The notes: a model not told the origin generated them from the letters alone. A stretch of DNA of 64,000 nucleotides from Candidatus Heimdallarchaeota archaeon (GCA_019057375.1 DXJF01000112.1:1-64000); one strand, 5' to 3'. Positions 36,138-47,054 are shown, counted from the stretch's first letter. Translations and numbers: made by a program.

Positions 36138-38919
36138 AATCATGATTCAGCTAGATATTAGAATTCTTGTTCCACTCATCTCAATTCTTTCATCTGGATC
36201 ACTTATCGTAGAAATAGTTAAGAAAAGAATATTAAAGCTGAAAACATCTGATTCTTTTATTGAAAATCTTGCAGAATCTTTAGTTGTAGGAACTATGGCT
36301 TTAGCTGTTCCAATGTTGATAATTGCCTGGGGTGCCAATAAAATAAATAACACTTTTCTTCTAGAGAGGTTTGTTTATGTTTATCTAGCTATTGGATTAC
36401 TCTACTTGATTTACAAAATATACGTCTGGGTTAGAAAGAAATTACCACTACTAGTATTATCTGAAAGAAAAAAACTATCTCAATCAATAGATCTTCTTCT
36501 AAAAATCGTCATAACCTTAATGATACTCTTCTATGCATTTCAAGTACTAGTGTACCCCTTTAAAGGGTGGGATTTTCTGCATTTCTATTTGCCAAATTCT
36601 TTCAGAATCTTCCTTACTGGTCAATTAAGTACAATTAATGAATTAACCTTTCTCCCCCAATTTAAACCCCCTATGAATATATTGCTTTTTGCGTATACAT
36701 TTTTTGTAACACAATCTGAAATGATTCAATTTATACCAATTTTATATCTAGCAGGTACTACATATTTTTGTTATAAAATATCCAAGATAATGGGATTATC
36801 CAACAAAACTTCTCTTTTTGCCTCAATTGCTTTTCTAGCTACCCCCCTTACTTATTTTCTGGTGTATGAATATACATACTATCAAGAGATGTTTATACTC
36901 TTCTTTACTACTGGAGCCTTTTATTACTACAAACGTTTCCTAGGTACTGACAAAAGTAAAGAACAGTTGTATTTTGCAATTTTAACTTCATTGAGTTTTG
37001 GTGGTTGTAGTTTAAGTAAACTGAGCGGTTTTATTATCCCTGTTGTTATATTTGTTGCAATGCCTTCTGATAAAATTGGTAAGGTTTTACGGGTTGTAAT
37101 TATCGTAGGTTTAGCAAGCCAACTGATAAGAAAATCCATTTTTGAGATTTACTTAGGAACGGGGATTCTTATTGGATTACTTGCGATATATTGCATTTAT
37201 CTTGTTTTTAGTAGTAAAAGTTTAATTTTTTCTGTCAAGCGATGGATATATACTGCAGGTATTTTTGCATTCCCTTTAGCTATCATAGTGTTATGGATAT
37301 TTTATATGCTAACAATTCCTGGTGTAGATAATCTTCTCGTTAATTTATATTTGAATCTAAGGGTATCCAAATTAAGTTTATCTTGGCCTGGAATTGCAAT
37401 ACCGGATACTTTAACTTATCTAGAAAATGCTCAAGCAGCATCCTTCCTATCTTCTTCGTTTTCAATTTTAATCGCTGCAATGTTTGCTGGTACATGGATG
37501 ATTTTTAAGCTTGTAGGTTTTGTTAGTTCAAATAAGAAAAACAATGATCTTCTGCTTTGGTTAATTTTCTTCTTTATTATCTGGCAAGGGTTCTTTTCTA
37601 TGGGCTCAGTTAGATACCTTACACCCATTATAGTTCCTTTAGCAATTATTTTTGCAGTAGGATTTGAATCTGTCGTTGAGTATTTCAACAAGAGAGACGG
37701 AAAAGATCGGGATGGATTGTTAGCTTACTTATTCATCACAGCGAGTGCTTATCTCTTCCTCTATCCTATTTTACCAATTGAGACCGTCTTTGAAAACTTT
37801 CATCTACGTTGGTATTACGCTCACACAAGACTGTTGTCTTTATTTGGATATATTTTATTATTCAATTTAATAACTCTTCTTCTAATCTGGAAAGAGAAAA
37901 ATCTTAAATTCAGCTTTTCACAAATTTATAATAAGAAATTTAATGGTAGAAAGATTCTTTCAGGAACTTTAATTTTCATTATCGTTTTTGTTCCTTTTGT
38001 GGGTCAAGCAGTTCTTATTGCTTCTGTTGGTTTTAATATGAAAGATTTTGAAAGCACATATTGTTATGATTATAGAGAATCATTTCAAGAACTAATAGAT
38101 GCCATTAATAGACTTGGTTACACAGATGATCAAATTATTCTCTCAGTAAATACGCCAGGTTTAGAATACTATTCATCTCAACCGATAATTGATCTCTATA
38201 TGTTAGGTTTTCTAAGTGAAACGGGTTTATCTGACGCATCTATTCCTCTTTGGAAATCAAATGTTACGAGAAATCTAGAATTTTATGAGAAATATGATAT
38301 AACAATTTTCGTAGCTTTAAATAGCTCTAATGATTGGTTTCCAGCATATTTGGAAGGATTTTACTGGAAATATTTTATCTTTAGATTTCTACATAATAAT
38401 AACTATTTCACACATCGATTTGCAAATGAAGAATTCTTATTATTTACTATTAACAAATTCGAAGACTTTATTGGACCAGTTGATATAGAATTGAAAGGAA
38501 ATTCTTCTAAATCCAGTCTTCTTGCATATGCACCATTATCGGTAGATATCACCGACGAAACCGCTTCAATTGAAGCAATACTTGATTTAACTGGCATTCA
38601 AACCAATCAACCAATTTCGATTGATATTTCTACACGGTATACTCTTTCATCCAACAGTACGATAATAGTAGTTAATCGTAATGATATTCCATTTAACAAA
38701 CCCATCAATGAAATATTTACTTCTTTATCTCTAATGACCTTACCTCATCAATCAATAAACATTCATGATATTAGCATAACAATTAATTATGATGATCTAT
38801 GGGGCCTCCCACAGACTGTTATTCACAATTTAGTTCCTATGTTCGGGAATTCTGTAAACATTACTTGGACGAGTGACTCGTGGCTTTATGAAGGATATTA
38901 TGGGTTTAAGTTCGTATAA
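36112..38919 (+). CDS. Polytopic GT-C-fold glycosyltransferase (ArnT/PMT-like) with extracellular C-terminal domain (start probably ATG 36142)
   Basis: More than 14 TM segments; GWDFLHFYLP, FKPPMNILL, YQEMF and LSKLSG motifs typical of ArnT-like proteins. Confidence 0.65.
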   Translation: MSRKSTEIKIMIQLDIRILVPLISILSSGSLIVEIVKKRILKLKTSDSFIENLAESLVVGTMALAVPMLIIAWGANKINNTFLLERFVYVYLAIGLLYLIYKIYVWVRKKLPLLVLSERKKLSQSIDLLLKIVITLMILFYAFQVLVYPFKGWDFLHFYLPNSFRIFLTGQLSTINELTFLPQFKPPMNILLFAYTFFVTQSEMIQFIPILYLAGTTYFCYKISKIMGLSNKTSLFASIAFLATPLTYFLVYEYTYYQEMFILFFTTGAFYYYKRFLGTDKSKEQLYFAILTSLSFGGCSLSKLSGFIIPVVIFVAMPSDKIGKVLRVVIIVGLASQLIRKSIFEIYLGTGILIGLLAIYCIYLVFSSKSLIFSVKRWIYTAGIFAFPLAIIVLWIFYMLTIPGVDNLLVNLYLNLRVSKLSLSWPGIAIPDTLTYLENAQAASFLSSSFSILIAAMFAGTWMIFKLVGFVSSNKKNNDLLLWLIFFFIIWQGFFSMGSVRYLTPIIVPLAIIFAVGFESVVEYFNKRDGKDRDGLLAYLFITASAYLFLYPILPIETVFENFHLRWYYAHTRLLSLFGYILLFNLITLLLIWKEKNLKFSFSQIYNKKFNGRKILSGTLIFIIVFVPFVGQAVLIASVGFNMKDFESTYCYDYRESFQELIDAINRLGYTDDQIILSVNTPGLEYYSSQPIIDLYMLGFLSETGLSDASIPLWKSNVTRNLEFYEKYDITIFVALNSSNDWFPAYLEGFYWKYFIFRFLHNNNYFTHRFANEEFLLFTINKFEDFIGPVDIELKGNSSKSSLLAYAPLSVDITDETASIEAILDLTGIQTNQPISIDISTRYTLSSNSTIIVVNRNDIPFNKPINEIFTSLSLMTLPHQSINIHDISITINYDDLWGLPQTVIHNLVPMFGNSVNITWTSDSWLYEGYYGFKFV

Positions 38920-38927
38920 TTGTTCTC

Positions 38928-41900
38928 TTATCTTCTTACTGAAGATACCTTTCTTTCTTTACCTGCTTTTCTAGCAATCAGAATAATTGTTAAAATTGCA
39001 ACAAGAAGAGTGAATGCTACATTGAGGAGAAAAATGTTCCAACTTCCTTTTGGCAAGAATGTGTGCCCAAAGAAAATAGTTTGATTTAAGCTTGATAATA
39101 TTTTCAGGATAAGAACACCAATTCCATACCCAATAATCGATGATATAAGCGCAATAAGTCCTAATCGTGAAAAAATTGAAACAATCGTATGTAAGTTCGT
39201 CCCTCCTATCATCTTAATAATCGTTGATTCCCTCTTGCTTTCTCTATACATATTCTGAAGAATTGAGTACATATTGACAATTACTACGACAAGGATAAGT
39301 GCAATCTCCGCATAAACGAGTGTATACGTAAATAGCAATGATCCTCTAAGATAATAGTTCAGATATTCTGTTGAAAAAGCTATTAAGAAAGAAAATCCAG
39401 CTACTGGCTTAAAGGGTATTTTTGACAATTGGTCATCTGAATCGCTTGGTAAAACTATAGTGATCAATTCTTTCCCAGGTTCAAAGATTCGACGTAAATA
39501 CACAGTACTTCCATCTTCAGGAAAAATAGTCAAATTCACATAACCATAGGATATATAAATTTTAAACTTTGAATGTAATGAAGTCGTAGTTAGTATTTGT
39601 CCTTGTATTTCTGTTTCAACAATTACTGGAAGATTGAAGATTTTTGACCCATTGTCATATCTGAATTCAAAATCAACTCTTTTTTTCATAGAGGGGATTT
39701 CAAACAGAATGATATTGTTTGATCCGTATACCTCAAAAGGAACAGCAATAGTCGCATCATCTGTTCTAGTGAAATAACAGATGTAATCTCCTGAAGGTAA
39801 AGAAGATGTTAAAAATTGTCCTTGATTATTTGTTATTTGAGACATGATTCTTCTTCCAAACAAGTCCCTAATGATGCAATATTGATTATTGATAGAAGAG
39901 TTTGCAAAATAATCTCTTACTTCAACTGTAGTATATCCATAACCAATTAGGATATTCTGATTGATTCCTGTTCTAGTATCTAACTGGAAATCATAATATT
40001 TATCTGCATAATTGAATTTTACTTGAAACTCTCCTTCAAAAATATTGAAAAAAACGCTTCCATTAATATCTGAAGTAAAAAAGCTGGTTGGAGAATTGTA
40101 GAAATCATTAATAGCAACAGTTAGGTTGAAGATTGGATGAATATCATCACCAATTTTTATTTCTATAGTTAAATTAACAGGAGCATATTCTTGTCCCATA
40201 TAAAAAGTATACGTTTCTGTTTTTGTGTTATTAAAAGAATCAGTGAGATAGAAAATTATTGTGTGCTCCCCTCCTACCAGAAACGGGGGAATATAGATAC
40301 TATCATATTCGTAAATTGGGTTATTATCTATTTTAAATAATATTAGTACTGCATCACTTTCCAATATTAAATCAGCATTTAATCCCTCTTCTCCTTTATG
40401 AGGTGACAATACTGTAACATATGGGTCATTTGTGTCCACAATGAAATTATAGTTAAAAGTATCAGTAGAGATGTCAACTAATTGGTAAAGAAGAGAGTAG
40501 TATCCATCGCTAACAAAGAGTGTATTTAATGAATTAATTGTATAATTAACGTCAAGATATAGAAGATTAATAAAAATATCTCCAGAGTATGTTTCGCTAA
40601 AATTATCATTCGTTATGGTTGAAGTTTTTTGACCATCTAGAATGTTAAAAGTCCAAGTGCGTTCTCTTTTGTCTAAAAAACTCCCCCAATAGATTATTTT
40701 TAGATTGTAATTACCTGGATAAAGGAAAATTCTAGTAGTATTTGTAATGTTACCTGCTTTAAAAACTGTCCCACTTATCTGATATTCAACTCTATATGCT
40801 TCTGTTTCAGAAATAACATTCAAATCAATATGAACTTGATTCAATGTACCTGAATATTCATTCAGCATGTAAAAATCTATTGGCGTTGATCCAGTGAAAT
40901 TAACTATGACAAACTCATAGTACAGTTCCATGGAATTTCCAGCAAGATCAGAAGTTCTTAATCTTAAAGTATGGTTACCGTTGCTTTGAGGAACAAGTAT
41001 TTTTGTATCATAAGCAGTTGAATAAGAAAGACCATCCCATGAGAATTCAAGAGAAGAAAGAGTTTCATTTGTTGAAACTGTTAGTAAGGATTCATAGTTG
41101 ATTTCACTTCCATTAATCTGCGATAGTGATATATCTGGTGCTGAATTATCTATCCTAAAAGTGTATGATCGATTTGACCAGATATAGGTGTCATAAAATG
41201 CTAAATACAAGGTGTGATTACCTTCAGTCAATCCATCTGGTTTGATTACACTGTTTTGACTTATCAGTGAATCTGCATAACTGTCCCACTGATAGTATGC
41301 TTCGTATTGCGGATTAAACCATGTTTGAATTTCAGATTCTGCACTGACTTTCATGTGCTCTTTCAAGCCAATAATACCTATTCCTTCAGGATTGTCTGTT
41401 ACTGCAAAAACAAAATTCCATTCTTTGCTTGCGTTTTCTAATTCCGCTTTCAATGTTAAAGAATGAATTCCATTAACATAAGGAACGGATATTATATCTG
41501 AAAAAACCTCCAACCAAGGATTAGAATTCCATTTATAGAGGAAATTGCCACTAAATTTGTGAGTTGAATTCAAAATTAGTACACTTGAAGGATTCAAATG
41601 AGAACCATTCATTGCATTTATGAAATAATATTCTTCGGGAAAAGCTTCAATCACATCAAAGTAAACTTTGGTTTCTGCGTAATTAAGACTCTTATCATAT
41701 CCGCTTGATATATAATCTTGATTAAATGTTTCGATTGTTAGAGAATGTGAGCCCTCCTCAAAAGGAGTTGAAATGCTTTCTGGTGCCTCCTCACTAGGAG
41801 ATGCTAAATAGAATTCTTCCATTGTTGTTAGATTATCATCCCAGTAGAAATAAATAGAATAACCAGGAGAAGAGGACAATCTAATGTCAACATTATATCC

Positions 41901-43121
41901 AATAATTACAGAATTATTAATTGGGTTTTCTACTATTATTTGTGGATGTCTGCTGATTAATATGATTTCGAAATCATTTGAAATAGATGTTGTGAAAGTT
42001 AAATCTTTTCTATAAACTCCATACAAAATAATGCATGAATAACTACCATCACTTACTGATATGTTTGATTCTCCATTACTGTCGGTGGTACTTACATAGT
42101 TTTGATCTTCTGTTCTGAATCCATTCTGTCTGTAGAGAGTAATCTTCGCGCCTTGAATCGGATCATTTTCATCCGTTATTAATCTAAAATATACGTTTCT
42201 CTCAATATATGAAATATATATCTCTGCTTGTAAATCTTTATCCAATAGAATCCTTATCGACTCTGAAATAACATCTGTAACTTCACACTGTATTTCGTAT
42301 TCTCCAAAAGGTAATATAAACGAAGCTTGATTGTCATTAAAAATGATGGTTTGATTGATTAATACACCTCTTTTATTATAGACACAAACCGATGCATTAA
42401 GTTCTTGCAGATACCCAGGAGTTATGATATTCACAACAAGTTCATATTCACTACTCACTAATTCCCGTAGCATTTCTTTGTTTTCAATGACATCTAGATC
42501 TATCTCTACTCTCAAGTGAGTTATGTAATTAAAATCCTCAAATGCAAAAAACTGACCAATCCATAAGGAAGCTATTATCTCGTCATCTAATAGGGTATCA
42601 GATCTAAAAATTGATTTAATTTTTAATTCAATTGCAGATTCTGATCTGGTAGAAAATAGTGTAAAATAGTCTCCTAATCCTAGATTATTTCTTTCCGCAA
42701 AATTAATTCCCACACTAACCTCAAACGTATCATTTACTGTTAGAAGTTTACCTTCCAAATGCTCTATGCTGGTGAAATGCCAAAAGGAAGAAACATCTAC
42801 ACCCCTGAAGTAAACAGCTTTATTCTTAAATACTGCAGCTGTCATAACTTCCGGACTAACTTCTTTTACTCCCTCAATTGAACTAATAGTATCTGCTAAA
42901 TCTAATGGTATCACACTTGTGTAAGGAGTCGAAGCCTTTGGATTCGAGATTACCAAAATATTTTCACTCTCTCCTAGATATGATGCAGTACTATTTACAA
43001 TGCTGGACATAAGGATTCCAGCACCTGAAATTATAGTGGAGCTAATAAGAAATCCAATGAAAGCTAAGAGTATTCTCTTTTTTGGTAGGACATTGTAAAG
43101 AAAGATTTTTCTAAGATTCAT
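38928..43121 (-). CDS. FtsX/MacB-like ABC permease with very large extracytoplasmic Ig-like region (1397 aa)
   Basis: N-terminal TM plus MacB-type core (VSVGINFAERNNLGLGD); about 1000 aa beta-rich insert; C-terminal ESKRESTIIKMIGG followed by 3 TM helices. Confidence 0.8.
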   Translation of the reverse strand: MNLRKIFLYNVLPKKRILLAFIGFLISSTIISGAGILMSSIVNSTASYLGESENILVISNPKASTPYTSVIPLDLADTISSIEGVKEVSPEVMTAAVFKNKAVYFRGVDVSSFWHFTSIEHLEGKLLTVNDTFEVSVGINFAERNNLGLGDYFTLFSTRSESAIELKIKSIFRSDTLLDDEIIASLWIGQFFAFEDFNYITHLRVEIDLDVIENKEMLRELVSSEYELVVNIITPGYLQELNASVCVYNKRGVLINQTIIFNDNQASFILPFGEYEIQCEVTDVISESIRILLDKDLQAEIYISYIERNVYFRLITDENDPIQGAKITLYRQNGFRTEDQNYVSTTDSNGESNISVSDGSYSCIILYGVYRKDLTFTTSISNDFEIILISRHPQIIVENPINNSVIIGYNVDIRLSSSPGYSIYFYWDDNLTTMEEFYLASPSEEAPESISTPFEEGSHSLTIETFNQDYISSGYDKSLNYAETKVYFDVIEAFPEEYYFINAMNGSHLNPSSVLILNSTHKFSGNFLYKWNSNPWLEVFSDIISVPYVNGIHSLTLKAELENASKEWNFVFAVTDNPEGIGIIGLKEHMKVSAESEIQTWFNPQYEAYYQWDSYADSLISQNSVIKPDGLTEGNHTLYLAFYDTYIWSNRSYTFRIDNSAPDISLSQINGSEINYESLLTVSTNETLSSLEFSWDGLSYSTAYDTKILVPQSNGNHTLRLRTSDLAGNSMELYYEFVIVNFTGSTPIDFYMLNEYSGTLNQVHIDLNVISETEAYRVEYQISGTVFKAGNITNTTRIFLYPGNYNLKIIYWGSFLDKRERTWTFNILDGQKTSTITNDNFSETYSGDIFINLLYLDVNYTINSLNTLFVSDGYYSLLYQLVDISTDTFNYNFIVDTNDPYVTVLSPHKGEEGLNADLILESDAVLILFKIDNNPIYEYDSIYIPPFLVGGEHTIIFYLTDSFNNTKTETYTFYMGQEYAPVNLTIEIKIGDDIHPIFNLTVAINDFYNSPTSFFTSDINGSVFFNIFEGEFQVKFNYADKYYDFQLDTRTGINQNILIGYGYTTVEVRDYFANSSINNQYCIIRDLFGRRIMSQITNNQGQFLTSSLPSGDYICYFTRTDDATIAVPFEVYGSNNIILFEIPSMKKRVDFEFRYDNGSKIFNLPVIVETEIQGQILTTTSLHSKFKIYISYGYVNLTIFPEDGSTVYLRRIFEPGKELITIVLPSDSDDQLSKIPFKPVAGFSFLIAFSTEYLNYYLRGSLLFTYTLVYAEIALILVVVIVNMYSILQNMYRESKRESTIIKMIGGTNLHTIVSIFSRLGLIALISSIIGYGIGVLILKILSSLNQTIFFGHTFLPKGSWNIFLLNVAFTLLVAILTIILIARKAGKERKVSSVRR

Positions 43122-44293
43122 CTAGTGTCCCCCCTTATAACTTTGATTTTTGAAGCTTCAAGAGAAGGTAAAATTCCAGATACTAAGGATAATGATAATG
43201 AAAATAGAAATATTATTCCAACCAAAAATCCTTCCATTTTCAATGCTATATATGGTAATCCCATAGATGCTGTTACTAAACCAACTATACCACTAACAGC
43301 TAAATATCCAATTACTAGAGAAAGCAAAGCTGATATTATTCCAATATAAAAGGATTGAAGCATGAATAGCATAACTATTTGCCTTTTAGTAGCTCCAATA
43401 GATCTTAATGTGAAAATCTCTTTTTCACTCTCTCTAACTAAAGTATAAATGCTATATGAAATAGAAATAAGCATTAAAACAAAAAATAGAATCTCTAAAA
43501 TAGTTAGCGTTCTTATTACATCATTTGTAGCATAAATTATGAAATTCTGAGTCTGTTTCTGATCAAGCACTTCTAAGAAATTGAATTCATTTATAATATC
43601 AGTTCTAATTGTTTCAATTCCCCTAATATCTAGAACTCTTAATTCTATAAAAGAGAAATAATCCAAAGATGCGTTTAGATCAAAACTGAAAAGTGACCCC
43701 ATTAACTCTATATCATACTCGTGACCTGATTTAATAATGTTTGATACAGAATAGCTTTCATTATGTGAAAGTACAAATGACTCATTTACTTGATAATCAC
43801 TAAATTCAATTTTTACTAAGGATCCAACTCCTGCAGCTGTTAGATAAGCAAGTTGTTGTCCTATAATTATCTCATCATTTTCTAGTTCTGTTGGGGGATA
43901 TTCATAGTGGTGTGGTTGAAATCGCTCAAAATTACTGATGTTAAGCAATCGTAAATGCGTCGTTAACCTTGTTCCTGTTTCTCCTTCAACCACTACTGGA
44001 ATATATAATTCTGGTAAAATCACCTCTAAGTTTGGTGTTGTACTAGCGTATTCCTCCAAAAATTCTAACACTTCAATATTTATTCTACTTTCGGATAAAC
44101 TCTTTCCTTCTTCTATAACAAGAAGAAGATCTGAAGGTTGAATAATCTCTGCCATTCCACTTATATTAGAAGCATATCCTCTGACTAAAAGGGTTGTAGA
44201 AATATATATGACGAGAGCTAAAGTTAATGTCATTATAGCTTGATAAGTCCTCTTTTTATTATGAAAGAAAAACCGAACACTAAACTTTAGCAT
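43118..44293 (-). CDS. FtsX/MacB-like ABC permease
   Basis: EIIIGQQLA core and ESEKEIFTLRSIGAT FtsX motif, 4 TM; stop overlaps the next start. Confidence 0.85.
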   Translation of the reverse strand: MLKFSVRFFFHNKKRTYQAIMTLTLALVIYISTTLLVRGYASNISGMAEIIQPSDLLLVIEEGKSLSESRINIEVLEFLEEYASTTPNLEVILPELYIPVVVEGETGTRLTTHLRLLNISNFERFQPHHYEYPPTELENDEIIIGQQLAYLTAAGVGSLVKIEFSDYQVNESFVLSHNESYSVSNIIKSGHEYDIELMGSLFSFDLNASLDYFSFIELRVLDIRGIETIRTDIINEFNFLEVLDQKQTQNFIIYATNDVIRTLTILEILFFVLMLISISYSIYTLVRESEKEIFTLRSIGATKRQIVMLFMLQSFYIGIISALLSLVIGYLAVSGIVGLVTASMGLPYIALKMEGFLVGIIFLFSLSLSLVSGILPSLEASKIKVIRGDTR

Positions 44294-44375
44294 TTAACAT
44301 CTCACTTTAAAGACATGGAATTATACTGATATAAAATTTTCTAGCTAGAATAAAGAAGAGAATTCTTCTTCTCTT

Positions 44376-45698
44376 TCATATTACAATTGGGTAGAGACCG
44401 AAGAACACTAATCTTTGAATAATTAAAGTAACGTATATTGCAACACCAACAGCAAGAATAGATGGTATTCGAGTTTTTGAAGGAGTTACTCTGTTTACAC
44501 CTATACCTAAGAATAGTAAAAATCCATACAAGAATATGTTAAGAGGGATTCTGGCAAGCAATTGAAATTTTATTTCACGCTGTTCGACTCCAAAACTAGA
44601 ACTAGTTGGGTTAAATCCAATTGCTTCTAAATATTTTAAACCGCCGAAAATATAGCATATCATATATATGAAAACAGCAATAGATGCAATAAAAACTGCA
44701 TTACGGTAGATTTTCAACCACTTCTTTTCTCCCAATAGCAGTGAATAAATGAGTGGAAAAACAAAAACCCATGTAAACCAGGCAAGAATCCCAATAAACA
44801 TCTGATCTCCAATATCACTTGTTGCAAAGTTTGTAAAATCAAATTCTTCAGTTAAACCACCTACCAATCCTCCTGGAAAGAGAGGATAGACCGTTAGTTC
44901 TGAGAAGAAACCTCCCGCAAAAAGCATAAAACTTACGTATACGAGAAAAGATGTTAGAATATTGATTAGGAAGTAATTAGGTAACAGTTCAGAGTAACTT
45001 GCTCTTGTTGGTCTAGTCAAATAATCTTTTGCAAATCTGAAAGTATCCTTTACATAAGTAAATTTGAAAAGCAAATAGACAGCTATTGCAGGAATAGCTA
45101 TAACAGCTATAAGAAATAGGATATTAAGCGTCAATGCTGCAGGATTCGACAAAGAACCAAGTAAATCATCCCAGATGAAAGTTCTTATGTTGAAATCTGT
45201 CATCCCCTTAAACGGTGGGGATCCGAAAATTAGTAGAGAATACCAACACAAAGTTAATGCTACAAAAAATGTTGCTAAATAGTCTCTTATTCTGAATTTC
45301 CTTTTTTGAGTGTCCAAATACCATAGTTTTTTGTAAATTATTTCCGTAGCATCAGCTTCAAAATCAGTTAATACTAACCCATCTATTCTTACTTCACCAT
45401 ATTTTTCATAGAATCTTTTAGCAATCATATCTAGTAATTCTTTGGTGTCTTTTGTATCCATTCTTTTATCCACTGATATAACAAACAGTAAATCATTCTC
45501 CTCTTCTTGAAAAAGAATTCTTGAAGTTACCATTTCAAATTCGGAAATCTTTTCTTTTTGTGTTTCTGTTGCCATTGAATAAATTGCGCTCATTAACCCG
45601 CCTGTTAGTGCAACATCAACAGCTTCATCTGTTTTTTCAAATTCTTGACTATAGAAAATTTGACCATAAGTTGTTAGAATAAGTAGATGTTTAATCAA
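44376..45698 (-). CDS. Longin-like domain fused to a 7-TM membrane domain
   Basis: The first ~120 aa show a longin pattern (LLILTTYGQIFY...GGLMSAIYSMA...LLFVISVD...LLDMIAKRF), followed by seven hydrophobic segments. Confidence 0.7.
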   Translation of the reverse strand: MIKHLLILTTYGQIFYSQEFEKTDEAVDVALTGGLMSAIYSMATETQKEKISEFEMVTSRILFQEEENDLLFVISVDKRMDTKDTKELLDMIAKRFYEKYGEVRIDGLVLTDFEADATEIIYKKLWYLDTQKRKFRIRDYLATFFVALTLCWYSLLIFGSPPFKGMTDFNIRTFIWDDLLGSLSNPAALTLNILFLIAVIAIPAIAVYLLFKFTYVKDTFRFAKDYLTRPTRASYSELLPNYFLINILTSFLVYVSFMLFAGGFFSELTVYPLFPGGLVGGLTEEFDFTNFATSDIGDQMFIGILAWFTWVFVFPLIYSLLLGEKKWLKIYRNAVFIASIAVFIYMICYIFGGLKYLEAIGFNPTSSSFGVEQREIKFQLLARIPLNIFLYGFLLFLGIGVNRVTPSKTRIPSILAVGVAIYVTLIIQRLVFFGLYPIVI

Positions 45699-45800
45699 GG
45701 TGGTATTCCCCTTTTCTTATAACTCATAATAGGACCCCCTCTCCTAAAAATATTACGGAAGTTTTCGGAAAAATAGAAAAAGGGAGGGTGATATATAGAA

Positions 45801-47054
45801 TTAGGTGCCCTCAAAGTAGGCATCCTTATAGGCTTCCTGTTCAGGAGTCAATTTATCTATTTTATATCCCATGAGTGACAGTTTTAGACCGGCTATTTCT
45901 CTATCTTGTTCATCTGGAATATCATATACTTTATTTTCGAGATTTTTACCTTCTTCTGCTAGATGAATTAAGCTTAATAATTGGTTAGCAAAAGACATGT
46001 CCATAACTTCAGAAGGATGACCTTCAGCAGCAGATAAGTTTACCAATCTTCCTTTTGCAAGAAGATACACTTTTCTTCCGTCTGACATTAGATATTCTTC
46101 ATTATTTTTTCTTATTTCTCTTTTTGATGTGCTTAAATCTTCTAAATCTTGGATGTTTATTTCAGCATCATAATGTCCAGTATTGCATACAATTGCTCCT
46201 TCTTTCATGCTTTCAAAGTGTTTTTTTATAATAACATCCTTCATCCCAGTTGCAGTAATAAATAAATCACCCAAACCTGCAGCTTCATCCATCTTCATGA
46301 CTCTGAACCCATCCATTGCAGCCTTAAGAGCTTGTACTGGATCAACTTCAGTCACTACTACATCAGCTCCTAATCCAGATGCATTCTTAGCCAAACCTTT
46401 TCCACAGTGTCCATAACCAGCTATAACAACAATTTTACCAGCAATTATGATGTTAGTTGATCTCAACACTCCATCTAATGTGGATTGACCAGTTCCATAC
46501 ACATTATCAAAATCACTTTTTGTTTCTGCATCATTTACCGCAATTATTGGATATAAGAGTTTTTCAGCTCTGTCCATTGCTCTCAATCTATGAACACCAG
46601 TTGTTGTTTCTTCGGTTCCACCTATGATAGTTTCAGCTAGATCTGAAAATTCAGAATGTACTCGAAATATTAGATCAGCTCCATCATCTAAAGTTAAAGT
46701 AGGTTTGAATTCCAAAACCTTGTCTATTGCCCAATAGAATTCTTCATTGGACATTCCATACCAAGCAAATATGGAAATATCTTTAGCTGCTAAAGCAGCA
46801 GCAATATCGTCTTTTGTAGATAATGGATTACACCCACTCCAAGAAACCTCCGCTCCTACTGCAATCAATGTTTCAACTAAAACTGCTGTTTCTTTTGTTA
46901 CGTGAAGACATCCAGCTATTTTCATACCTTCTAATGGTTTTGTTTCTGCAAACTTCCTTCTTAATTCCATAAGAACAGGCATCCTAGACTCTGCCCAGTC
47001 AATATTCTTTCGACCCTCTTCAGCTAGATTTATGTCATTAATTTTGTATTCCAT
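45801..47054 (-). CDS. ahcY: Adenosylhomocysteinase
   Basis: GCLHVTKET, GCNPLSTKD, DDGADL, EETTTG, KSDFDNVYGTG, AEGHPSEVMDMSFANQ. Confidence 0.97.
   Translation of the reverse strand: MEYKINDINLAEEGRKNIDWAESRMPVLMELRRKFAETKPLEGMKIAGCLHVTKETAVLVETLIAVGAEVSWSGCNPLSTKDDIAAALAAKDISIFAWYGMSNEEFYWAIDKVLEFKPTLTLDDGADLIFRVHSEFSDLAETIIGGTEETTTGVHRLRAMDRAEKLLYPIIAVNDAETKSDFDNVYGTGQSTLDGVLRSTNIIIAGKIVVIAGYGHCGKGLAKNASGLGADVVVTEVDPVQALKAAMDGFRVMKMDEAAGLGDLFITATGMKDVIIKKHFESMKEGAIVCNTGHYDAEINIQDLEDLSTSKREIRKNNEEYLMSDGRKVYLLAKGRLVNLSAAEGHPSEVMDMSFANQLLSLIHLAEEGKNLENKVYDIPDEQDREIAGLKLSLMGYKIDKLTPEQEAYKDAYFEGT

Noticed and set aside
45735-45790. Purine/pyrimidine-skewed stem (CCCCCTCTCCT...AGGGAGGG) between ahcY and the longin-7TM gene as a SAH/SAM riboswitch
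   Set aside because: It lies downstream, not upstream, of ahcY, pairing is weak with an unpaired A-rich interior, and no riboswitch consensus is recognisable. At most it is a terminator-like element.
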